A stretch of DNA of 64,000 nucleotides from a bacterium (lineage in GTDB: Bacteria > Patescibacteriota > Minisyncoccia > Phycocordibacterales > JAGLPS01), in assembly GCA_030690305.1 (NCBI GenBank), contig JAUYHB010000020.1:23535-87534 (forward strand). Direction: 5' to 3'. Each line of letters opens with the position of its first letter. Position 1 is the first letter of the stretch. The notes beneath the pieces were generated by a model that saw only the letters and a list, made by a program, of their open reading frames with translations, was not told where the DNA came from and searched no databases. A program made the translations under genes and the position numbers. This document shows positions 56,139-64,000 of this stretch, piece by piece.

Positions 56139-57275
56139 ATGCATATGCGTAGTATTTCTCTGATTAAAGTGTCTTTTGTGGTGTTTGTGTGTGCAATGTC
56201 TGCTTTTTCGTTTGCTCAAACTTCCGATCCGTATCAGCTGAGCCCGGAGGAATTGGCCCTTACACAAACAGGAAGCACGACGTCTTTTACTTCTACAACA
56301 AACAGTCAGTACCTGGGTGAACAGTTACAGAAACTCCAAGACGCGATTCAAAGCCAGTATGGGTCAATGATAAGTATCAGAAGCAAACCGGATGCGCCAA
56401 AACCTTTTGAGAAAATTATTGTGGAAATTGAAGGGTATAGCGTTAATCTCAACAGTTCCTATATCACTTGGTCCGTGAACGGAGTGGCACGGAAGGCGGG
56501 ACCGGGAGCAAAGAGCGTTGAACTTGTTTTGGGAGGGCTAGGAAGTGTTACCGTTGTTTCCGCAACAATTGAAGCCGATGGAGGAATAAATATTGAGAAA
56601 GAAATAACATTACGGCCGGTGGACGTTGACCTTGTTTGGGAGGCGCAGTCATACACACCTCCTTTCTATAAAGGCAAGGCTTTAAACGCGCCTCAGGGAA
56701 GTGTGGTTATAACCGCCATTCCATACGTTGTTGAGGGAGGAGTAAGGATAAATTCAGCAAATCTTATTTACAAATGGAGTAAGGACAATACGGTGCAAGG
56801 AAGTTTGTCGGGGTCTGGAAGAAATACGTTTGTTTTCAATGGCTCAATCATTTCAAGGCCCGTTACAATTTCCGTTGAAGTAACTTCACCCAAAAGCAAT
56901 ATAAAAGCGGTTAAAAAAATAACCATTAAGCCGTCTCAGGCAAAAGTGCTTCTTTACGAGATCAACCCACTATATGGTGTAGGATACGCGAGCGCGATCG
57001 GAAAAGAGTATGAGATGAGAGGAAAGGAACTGACGCTTATCGCTACTCCGTACTTTTTCAGCAGCCAAGACAAGGCGGGTGATAATTTAAGTCATGTCTG
57101 GTCTCTTAATAACAAGAAAATTGATGGCGAGGCGAACAAAAACGTCATTACATTCCGAAGGCCTGAAACCGTCGGAGTTTCGCAAATTGCCCTTGGTGTA
57201 GAGAGTGGGAATAAAATTCTTCAGTCCGCAAGAAACACCGTTCTGCTTAAATTTAGCGAGGAAAAAAGCGAGTAA
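56139..57275 (+). CDS. Secreted hypothetical protein with internal beta-rich repeats
   Basis: Signal peptide (AFSFAQTSD); repetitive Ig-like segments. Confidence 0.4.
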   Translation: MHMRSISLIKVSFVVFVCAMSAFSFAQTSDPYQLSPEELALTQTGSTTSFTSTTNSQYLGEQLQKLQDAIQSQYGSMISIRSKPDAPKPFEKIIVEIEGYSVNLNSSYITWSVNGVARKAGPGAKSVELVLGGLGSVTVVSATIEADGGINIEKEITLRPVDVDLVWEAQSYTPPFYKGKALNAPQGSVVITAIPYVVEGGVRINSANLIYKWSKDNTVQGSLSGSGRNTFVFNGSIISRPVTISVEVTSPKSNIKAVKKITIKPSQAKVLLYEINPLYGVGYASAIGKEYEMRGKELTLIATPYFFSSQDKAGDNLSHVWSLNNKKIDGEANKNVITFRRPETVGVSQIALGVESGNKILQSARNTVLLKFSEEKSE

Positions 57276-57284
57276 GATAAGAAA

Positions 57285-57713
57285 ATGGAAAAAATCTTTA
57301 ATTTAATAAAGAAAATATGGACAGTGGGACTTGTGTTTCCTTTGTTTGTTTTCGCACAAAGTGAGTACACTCTCTTAGAGCCCCTCACAAATCCTTCCGG
57401 CGGAACAATCAATTCGACTTCGGATCTTGGGAACTATCTTCAGTTTGCTTTTCAATTTACTATCGGCATCACAGGAGTGCTCGCGGTTATTATGATTATC
57501 CTTGGAGGAATCCGCTATCTCTCTACCGACGCAATCAGCGGCAAAGAAGAGGGCAGGAGCATGATTACAGGGGCTATAGGTGGACTTTTACTCGCAATTC
57601 TTTCTTGGCTTATCCTTAATACAATCAATCCGGACCTGTTGAAGTTTAATGTGATACCTTCGTCAAATTCTTCCGGTGGGGGAGGGGGCGGAGGGGGAGG
57701 AGGAGGTTTTTAA
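57285..57713 (+). CDS. VirB2/TrbC-like pilin candidate with poly-Gly C-terminus
   Basis: Signal peptide ending FAQSE, two hydrophobic helices and a C-terminal GGGGGGGGGGGF. The architecture resembles conjugative pilins. Confidence 0.4.
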   Translation: MEKIFNLIKKIWTVGLVFPLFVFAQSEYTLLEPLTNPSGGTINSTSDLGNYLQFAFQFTIGITGVLAVIMIILGGIRYLSTDAISGKEEGRSMITGAIGGLLLAILSWLILNTINPDLLKFNVIPSSNSSGGGGGGGGGGGF

Positions 57714-57725
57714 TTTAACACAATC

Positions 57726-58961
57726 ATGCTTAAAAAATTTCTCATACCCGTCATTATTTTTGTTATTATCGCAGGAGCACTGGGAGCATATTTTTTCTTT
57801 TTACAAAACAAAAATCCCAATAATACTTTTTTTGGAGACCTTTTTCCTTTCGGACAAGGCCCTGATTTGGGAAATGGCTCAACTGTGACAGAGAGTGGTG
57901 GGGAAAATGGTAACGGTAATGAAGAAGCGAATATTTTACCTGCCCCTCAGATACGCAAAATAACGGGGGAACAGGTGGCAGGGGTAACCCTTATTGACGC
58001 GGCTAGCACAACGGTTATCCGTTACATTGAAAGGGGTACGGGACATATATACGAAGCAGACGCCCTTACACTTGCTTTGAAAAAGATATCAAATACAACT
58101 ATCCCGAAAATTTATGAAGCTTTGTGGACCGGGAAAGGAGATTCGGTCATTCTTCGATATTTGAAAGACGACAACGAAACGATTGAGACATTTTATGCAA
58201 AGCTTTCAAAAAATTCTATCTCCGGAGCGGATGGAAATTCGGTCTCGGACCTTGAGGGAAGTTTTCTTCAAACCGACATAAGAGAAATTGCAGTTTCTCC
58301 GGATAAAAACAGTATTTTTTCCTTGGTTGCTTCAGTGACGAGTGGAAGCGGAGTCATTTCACGGCCCGATGGAACACAGAAACAAACTTTTCCTCTTCCC
58401 CTTAAAGAATGGGTTGTCTCATGGCCGACACAGGACACAGTTCTTCTTACAACAAAACCGAGCGCGGAGGTTGGAGGTTATGTATACACGTTTAACACCT
58501 CGACCGGAGAGCTGGGAAAAATCACAGGGGAAGTGGGTGGCATAACGGCAAGCGCAGACCAGTCTCTGAACTATCTGCTTTACTCCGAGAGCAAACAAAA
58601 AAGCTTCTTCCTGAATTTACTCAATATTGCTGACAAAACAATTACCAGGTCTCCGTCCCAAACCCTACCCGAAAAGTGTGTGTGGAGCAAGAAAGAGAAA
58701 TCTGTTATTTACTGTGCGGTCCCTAAAACAATACCAAGCAATGACTATCCGGACGCGTGGTACCAGGGGATTGTATCTTTTTCGGATAAAATATTGAAAA
58801 TAGATTTTGAGAATAACACAACTTCCGTAATCGCCGACACGAAAGAGGCGGTAGGGGAAGAGGTTGACGCAGTTTCACTTTCTCTCAATGCAGAAGAAAA
58901 CTATCTTGTCTTTCTGAATAAAAAAGATTCCTCTTTGTGGGGAATTCAAATTACTCCTTAG
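57726..58961 (+). CDS. Signal-anchored hypothetical extracellular protein
   Basis: N-terminal TM (IPVIIFVIIAGALGAYFFF) with a long beta-rich ectodomain. Confidence 0.4.
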   Translation: MLKKFLIPVIIFVIIAGALGAYFFFLQNKNPNNTFFGDLFPFGQGPDLGNGSTVTESGGENGNGNEEANILPAPQIRKITGEQVAGVTLIDAASTTVIRYIERGTGHIYEADALTLALKKISNTTIPKIYEALWTGKGDSVILRYLKDDNETIETFYAKLSKNSISGADGNSVSDLEGSFLQTDIREIAVSPDKNSIFSLVASVTSGSGVISRPDGTQKQTFPLPLKEWVVSWPTQDTVLLTTKPSAEVGGYVYTFNTSTGELGKITGEVGGITASADQSLNYLLYSESKQKSFFLNLLNIADKTITRSPSQTLPEKCVWSKKEKSVIYCAVPKTIPSNDYPDAWYQGIVSFSDKILKIDFENNTTSVIADTKEAVGEEVDAVSLSLNAEENYLVFLNKKDSSLWGIQITP

Positions 58962-59655
58962 GTTTTCTTTTAAGGAGCATCTCCTGGCCGATGGTAAAAA
59001 GATTACTCGTGGCCCAGTAAAGGCTCACGGCGGAAGAAATTTGATAAGCAAAAAAGCCCATCATCACGGGTAGTATATATTTCATTTGAACACGCATACT
59101 TTTTGCGAGTTCGTTTTCCTGCACGCCGGGAGCAGGGGCAGGAAGTGATATGCGCATTTGGAAAAAAGAAGAAACGCCAACAATGACAGCGAGAATAAGA
59201 CTGTTTTTTGTTACATCAAAGATACCGAGAAAAATCATATTTAAATTTTGAGGTATGCCCACAAAAGAATAGAGGATTCCTGTGTCAACGGAAGGGAGTC
59301 CGCTTTGCGCGAAAATAAAGTAGAGAGCAAAGATAATAGGAAACTGTATGAAAGCAAGAAGAATGCTCATGAAGGGGTTGACCCCGTTTTCTTTATATAA
59401 AGCAATAATTTGTTCCGCTTGGGCCTGCTGGTCTTTTATTTTTCCTTTTATTTCTGAAATTTTCGGTTCAAGAATTTTCAGTTTCTGCTGCGCATGAAGA
59501 GATTTTCGTGAAAGAGGGAAGAGAACCATTTTGATAATAATCGTAAAGAGAACAACAATAATTCCCACATCAAACCATGGAAGGAAATCAATAAGCAGGA
59601 TGAGCCCGTTATACAACGGCTGGTAAAAAAAGGTGTGAAAAAAGGAAGAAATCAT
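58951..59655 (-). CDS. yidC: Membrane protein insertase YidC/Oxa1 (short form)
   Basis: 234 aa 5-TM protein with the YidC core, in the conserved rpmH-rnpA-yidC arrangement. Confidence 0.8.
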   Translation of the reverse strand: MISSFFHTFFYQPLYNGLILLIDFLPWFDVGIIVVLFTIIIKMVLFPLSRKSLHAQQKLKILEPKISEIKGKIKDQQAQAEQIIALYKENGVNPFMSILLAFIQFPIIFALYFIFAQSGLPSVDTGILYSFVGIPQNLNMIFLGIFDVTKNSLILAVIVGVSSFFQMRISLPAPAPGVQENELAKSMRVQMKYILPVMMGFFAYQISSAVSLYWATSNLFTIGQEMLLKRKPKE

Positions 59656-59692
59656 TTTCGCATTGTAACGTATTTCAAAGGGCCGTTCAATG

Positions 59693-60034
59693 TCATTTTG
59701 GCGGGATCATTATTTTTGCTTTTACAAAAAGGTCAACGATTTTCTTTTGTATTTCCATTTGCGGAATCAAGGAAACGTCGGAGAGAACAAAAACAACCAC
59801 TTCTTTCTGAGACAGAGAGCCCATGACCGACCCAATTATCTCGTATACCAGGCGTCGGATGCTGTTTCTTTTTACTTTGGAACCGGCTATTTTTGAAGAA
59901 ATAACGACAGCATAGCCTTTTTTGTCGCTTTTTGAACTAACGCACAAGGAAAAAGGATGGGAAGAAACTTTTTTCCCTTCTCTTAGAAGATGACGGACCT
60001 CAGAGGAGGTTAGTCTTTGTCTCTTCGGAAGCAT
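59693..60034 (-). CDS. rnpA: Ribonuclease P protein component
   Basis: 113 aa basic protein MLPKRQRLTSSEVRHLLREGKK... typical of RnpA, downstream of rpmH. Confidence 0.8.
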   Translation of the reverse strand: MLPKRQRLTSSEVRHLLREGKKVSSHPFSLCVSSKSDKKGYAVVISSKIAGSKVKRNSIRRLVYEIIGSVMGSLSQKEVVVFVLSDVSLIPQMEIQKKIVDLFVKAKIMIPPK

Positions 60035-60042
60035 AAAAACAG

Positions 60043-60177
60043 CTACAAACCCAGGCGCGCCCTCCCTTTTCGTCTTCGACGCTGCACTACCTTTTTGCCG
60101 GCGTGTTTCCTCTGTCTCGAGAGGAAACCATGCGTTGTTTTTCTTTTTCTTTTCTTAGGTTGGTATGTTCGTGACAT
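60043..60177 (-). CDS. rpmH: 50S ribosomal protein L34
   Basis: Manual translation of the minus strand gives [44 protein letters not shown] (44 aa), a near-consensus L34. It is not in the supplied ORF track because of its size. Confidence 0.85.
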   Translation of the reverse strand: MSRTYQPKKRKRKTTHGFLSRQRKHAGKKVVQRRRRKGRARLGL

Positions 60178-60333
60178 AAGTATTGTATTCTACAATGTTT
60201 GTATTACTTATTCAAGGTGTATTTCATGTTCCTTGTACACCCCTTATACACAACTTATTAACATAAATGAGAGAAAAAAGGAAGTTCTATAATTCAAAGA
60301 CGAGGATATAATTAACCCTACCTAAAAAGTACG

Positions 60334-61680
60334 ATGATGGATACAAAAAAACTTTGGGATAGCGTACTTACTGAAATAGAGTTGAATGTCTCACGGGCAA
60401 CTTTTACGACATGGTTTAAAGACACGTACGTTTCCAAGGAAGAAGACGGGGTTGTTTTTGTAAGTGTGCCAAACGCATTTGTAAAAGAGTGGCTTCTCAA
60501 CAAATACCACAACATTATCTTGAAGTCGCTGCGAAGCGCTCTTGAGACGATTCGTTCCGTGGAGTATACAATCTCAAGAAGCGAGGAAAAGCCGCAGGAA
60601 GAACAAAAAATAGAGCCTCAGAGGACTTTTTCCGAACTTCCACTACATGATTTATATATAAACAAGGAGGACAACTTAAACCCACGCTATACCTTCGAAT
60701 CTTTTGTTATCGGACCTTTTAACGAGCTTGCCTATGCTGCGTCCCAAGCGGTAATAAAAAAGCCCGGTATTACATATAATCCTCTTTTTATTTACGGAAA
60801 CACCGGACATGGAAAAACGCACCTGATTCAAGCGATTGGCAACCATATAAAAAGCACGCAGACGGAAAAAAGAATTCATTATGTTACCTCGGAAAAATTC
60901 GCTCTTGATTATATAAATTCAGTACAAAACAATAAAACAAATAATTTCAAACAAAAATACAGAAAGTATGATGTTTTGATTATGGACGATATCCATTTCC
61001 TATCAAATAAAGAGAAAACCCAAGAGGAATTGTTTCATCTTTTTAATTATCTTTACGACAACAACAAACAAATTATCTTCTCTTCTGACAAACATCCGAA
61101 TTATATTCCCAACCTTGAAGAAAGGCTTAAATCAAGGTTTGCGGCGGGAATGATTATAGATATACCGATTCCGGATCAAGAGTCACGCGCGGCGATTTTA
61201 AGGGCAAAATCACGCATGAACAACTTTATCTTAAATGAAGAAGTTATTGATTTTCTTGCCCAATCAATACCGAGTAATATCCGTGAATTGGAAGGAGTGC
61301 TCAACTCGTTGATTTTTCAAACACAATTAAAAGGAAAGGACTTACTCCTTCATGAAATAAAAAACCTTATTAAAGACAGCGCCAAACCAAAGAGAAGCCT
61401 TGCGCCAAAAGACGTGATAAAGATAATTGCCGATTTTTATAATATTGAAGAAGAGAATATATATAGAAAAACAAGAAAGAAGGAAATCATTAAACCGAGA
61501 CAGGTTACCATGTATCTTCTTCGTGAGGATTTTAATATTTCTTATCCTTCAATAGGGGAGAAGTTGGGGGGGAGGGACCACGCCACAATTATTCATTCAT
61601 GCGAGAAGATAAAAAATGAGTTGAAAACAAACCAACTACTTAATCAGGAGTTAAATCAGATACGAGCGATGATTTCATAG
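60334..61680 (+). CDS. dnaA: Chromosomal replication initiator protein DnaA
   Basis: AAA+ Walker A GNTGHGKTHL, Walker B LIMDDIHF, and a C-terminal DNA-binding domain. Confidence 0.9.
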   Translation: MMDTKKLWDSVLTEIELNVSRATFTTWFKDTYVSKEEDGVVFVSVPNAFVKEWLLNKYHNIILKSLRSALETIRSVEYTISRSEEKPQEEQKIEPQRTFSELPLHDLYINKEDNLNPRYTFESFVIGPFNELAYAASQAVIKKPGITYNPLFIYGNTGHGKTHLIQAIGNHIKSTQTEKRIHYVTSEKFALDYINSVQNNKTNNFKQKYRKYDVLIMDDIHFLSNKEKTQEELFHLFNYLYDNNKQIIFSSDKHPNYIPNLEERLKSRFAAGMIIDIPIPDQESRAAILRAKSRMNNFILNEEVIDFLAQSIPSNIRELEGVLNSLIFQTQLKGKDLLLHEIKNLIKDSAKPKRSLAPKDVIKIIADFYNIEEENIYRKTRKKEIIKPRQVTMYLLREDFNISYPSIGEKLGGRDHATIIHSCEKIKNELKTNQLLNQELNQIRAMIS

Positions 61681-61888
61681 TGTTAATAGCGAGTTGATAT
61701 ATTGAAGAAAGGGTGTTGGTAAGTTTATGAAAATAGTGTTAAAAAGATGAAAAGGGATTGTTATATACAGGTAGTTTTCTTAAATAAACATACTATTACC
61801 GAAAATTTCTCTAAAATAACCAGGTTTTAAGACAAAAAATAAACTTACCAACATATCCACTCCCTATATAAAAATAACTTCTTTATAT

Positions 61889-62986
61889 ATGAAAATAGAA
61901 TGTATTAAAGATAATATTCAAAGAGCTCTTTCTAAAGCTGAGCGAATTTCCGGTAAGAACCTTAATTTACAGATACTTAATAATATTTGTATTGAAGTAA
62001 AAAATAAGGAGGTTAAAATACGTTCAACAAACCTTGATTTAGGTATTGAAATCATCATACCTGCAAAAATACACTCGGAGGGTATTGTTGTTGTTCCAGG
62101 GAAAACACTAAGTCTTTTTCTTGAAAATATTAAAAATGATACAGTGGTTTCTTTGGAAAAAGATGAGAACGTTCTGAAGATTGTCACAAAACACAATTCC
62201 GCCACATTGAAAACATATTCTGAAAATGAATTTCCTACAATTCCATTAGTTGATGGGGTGCTCGCACAAGTTTCCGTAAAAGATTTTATTAACGGACTTC
62301 GTTCTGTTTGGTTTAGTGCGTCTTCTTTAAATATAAAACCCGAGCTCTCGAGTGTTTTTTTATGCCCGGAAAAAGGAAATTTATTTTTTGTTTCTACGGA
62401 CTCGTTCCGTCTCGCTGAAAAAAAGATTAAATTAAAAACATCCGACACTATTCCTCAAATACTTATTCCTATTAAAAATATTTCGGAAATTATACGAGTT
62501 TTCGAAGAATCGGATGGAGAAATAAAAGTACGTATAGATAAAAACCAAATTTCTTTCTCAAAAGACGGAGTATATCTCACATCCCGATTGGTTGACGGAA
62601 CGTTTCCGGATTATAAACAAATCATTCCTAAAGAGTCTCTCACTGAAATAATTCTTCTCAAAGAAGACCTGATAAACGCAATGAAGATATCTCAGATATT
62701 TTCCGACCACTTCAATCAAGTCAGCTTTCTTATAGACCCGAAAAAGAAAAGTTTTGAGTTGAAAACAAAAAATTCGGAAGTGGGAGAAAGTGTTCAGTCT
62801 ATTGACGCGGTTGTGAGGGGTGAACCGATCTCTCTTAATTTTAATTATAAATATATCTTTGACGCGTTTCAGTCGATTGCAAGTGACAGTTTGTCATTAA
62901 AGATGAGCGGGGCCGGGAAGCCAATGGTAATACAGGGAGTATCAGACCAGACATTTACATACATTGTTATGCCTATGAATAAATAG
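61889..62986 (+). CDS. dnaN: DNA polymerase III beta sliding clamp
   Basis: 365 aa three-domain clamp, directly downstream of dnaA. Confidence 0.85.
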   Translation: MKIECIKDNIQRALSKAERISGKNLNLQILNNICIEVKNKEVKIRSTNLDLGIEIIIPAKIHSEGIVVVPGKTLSLFLENIKNDTVVSLEKDENVLKIVTKHNSATLKTYSENEFPTIPLVDGVLAQVSVKDFINGLRSVWFSASSLNIKPELSSVFLCPEKGNLFFVSTDSFRLAEKKIKLKTSDTIPQILIPIKNISEIIRVFEESDGEIKVRIDKNQISFSKDGVYLTSRLVDGTFPDYKQIIPKESLTEIILLKEDLINAMKISQIFSDHFNQVSFLIDPKKKSFELKTKNSEVGESVQSIDAVVRGEPISLNFNYKYIFDAFQSIASDSLSLKMSGAGKPMVIQGVSDQTFTYIVMPMNK

Positions 62987-62988
62987 GA

Positions 62989-63240
62989 ATGAGACCTCTT
63001 GAAGATTTTCTTGAGAAAATAAAAAAAACGATTCTCAAAGGACAGGTTCTAAAGGGCGACATCGTTTGTATTATAAAAAAAGAAACCGGTATAGAAGTGC
63101 CGGTAAATGAGATAACGGTCTCGAATAAAAAAATTAAAATTTCCTCCCATCCTGCGATAAAAAACGAAATTTTCTTAAAAAAAAGTTCTATTCTTTCAGG
63201 CCTTAAGGAGCGAGGAATATTTATCGACGGAATTTTTTAA
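62989..63240 (+). CDS. Small protein downstream of dnaN, possibly DUF721/DciA-like
   Basis: 83 aa located where DUF721/DciA-type proteins commonly occur. Composition is compatible, but the call is weak. Confidence 0.3.
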   Translation: MRPLEDFLEKIKKTILKGQVLKGDIVCIIKKETGIEVPVNEITVSNKKIKISSHPAIKNEIFLKKSSILSGLKERGIFIDGIF

Positions 63241-64000
63241 TTTTCCGCCACATCAAAGAAAATCGAAGTCTGGTTTTTGTTGTACACGGAATCGTATATA
63301 ACCACCCTCAGTTCGTTGGTTTTTTCGATGTAACTTTCAAATTCTTGGGGGATAAAGGAAAAATTAAACGGAGACTTTGACGAATTTCCGATATAGTTTC
63401 CATTGAGGTAATATTCTATTTTTTGTAACGGATATGTTCCACTGTAACTTATAGACACGAACAGACTCTCTTGCCTGTCATATTGCTTCCCGAACGCAGG
63501 ACTTACAATAGAAACCTTTGGTGCGTATTCTGGTTTATGGATATCGTCAAATGTTTGGGGGACGGACATATCTGTCGTTTCCACGATATTGTGTGTAACC
63601 ACCCACCGGCGCACCTGATATTCCCAGCGCTCAAACTGAGGGTCATTTAGGGGGTTTACAGGACCCACACCAAGGGGGTCTTCTTTGTTTACCCAATAAA
63701 GGATTGAGTGCACTCCACCGGTCAAGATCTCTCCAAGGGTCTCTTGGGGCGTGTAAGGAGAGGCTTTTTTACCGGAAACCGTATCGATGGGGAAGGATAT
63801 TCCTCCTTGCCATTTTCCTCTTATCACGGGCTTGATGTTGTACAGGGCGCTCTCACTTAACGGCTGTGGTTTAACAAAATACTCATTGGGCAGTGTTTTT
63901 AGAACCTCTTGCATAAAGGCGTTCCAAAGAGGGGCAATAATAAACCCTGCAACTTTTTTTTCCATAGGGCGGTTGTCGTTGTTCCCGGCCCATGCTCCGA
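63237..64000 (-). CDS. Hypothetical protein, C-terminal part (partial; continues beyond the window end)
   Basis: The reading frame stays open upstream of the annotated Met to the window edge. Confidence 0.4.
   Translation of the reverse strand, partial: GAWAGNNDNRPMEKKVAGFIIAPLWNAFMQEVLKTLPNEYFVKPQPLSESALYNIKPVIRGKWQGGISFPIDTVSGKKASPYTPQETLGEILTGGVHSILYWVNKEDPLGVGPVNPLNDPQFERWEYQVRRWVVTHNIVETTDMSVPQTFDDIHKPEYAPKVSIVSPAFGKQYDRQESLFVSISYSGTYPLQKIEYYLNGNYIGNSSKSPFNFSFIPQEFESYIEKTNELRVVIYDSVYNKNQTSIFFDVAEN

Noticed and set aside
57676-57713. G-rich simple-sequence tract (possible G-quadruplex or repeat element)
   Set aside because: It lies inside a CDS and encodes the poly-Gly C-terminus. Reported as a protein feature, not a DNA repeat element.
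1-64000. CRISPR arrays, rRNA genes, IS elements or transposases
   Set aside because: No regularly spaced direct repeats, no rRNA-like conserved blocks, and no DDE or serine transposase ORFs were seen. The only recombinase is the Xer-type gene at 34112-35041.

Overview
This 64 kb window is mostly housekeeping genes from a compact, gene-dense bacterial chromosome. The gene content suggests a small-genome monoderm or CPR/Patescibacteria-like lineage, but that placement is an inference from RNase Y, a PrgI-type T4SS protein, a short trigger factor, a split ComEC and large pilins. It spans the replication origin neighbourhood (rpmH-rnpA-yidC facing dnaA-dnaN at 59.7-63 kb). Recognisable genes, in order: the str operon (rpsL-rpsG-fusA, fusA truncated at the window edge); an M50 protease; rpmB; a ComEC-related MBL protein; sodA; a TraT-like lipoprotein; a recJ-rnhA-comEC operon; a HIT protein; tpiA-pgk; a five-gene type IV pilus block (pilB, pilC, two prepilins including a 606 aa one, a PilX-like protein); nusA; an H+-pyrophosphatase; trigger factor; rsmE; clpP; rny; hup; four tRNAs (Gly-TCC, Pro-TGG, Gly-GCC, Arg-TCG, all on the minus strand); a secreted S1 protease; YraN; a CCA-adding enzyme; xth; a Xer-type tyrosine recombinase; rpsO, an NYN-domain gene and pnp; a DksA/TraR-like gene; comM; an Lnt-like gene; a LysM-M23 peptidase; pcrA/uvrD; ksgA. 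Next to the origin lies a roughly 10-gene type IV secretion-like cluster (VirB6-like, PrgI/VirB3-like, a VirB4 ATPase split into two ORFs, a VirB2-like pilin candidate, several secreted proteins). No rRNA, CRISPR array or obvious IS element was seen. The most notable non-genic signal is a family of at least seven same-orientation intergenic repeats (GGTATTAAaCCTTTGTT...CGCTCGTTCGGAAATAAAAA, often followed by TTCCGCTCACTCGCTAGACAATAA), mostly within a few tens of bp after gene stop codons, of variable length and sometimes with short terminal inverted repeats. There is also a tandem 5'-half pseudo-copy of tRNA-Pro plus a roughly 138 nt tRNA-like structured element beside the intact tRNA-Pro.
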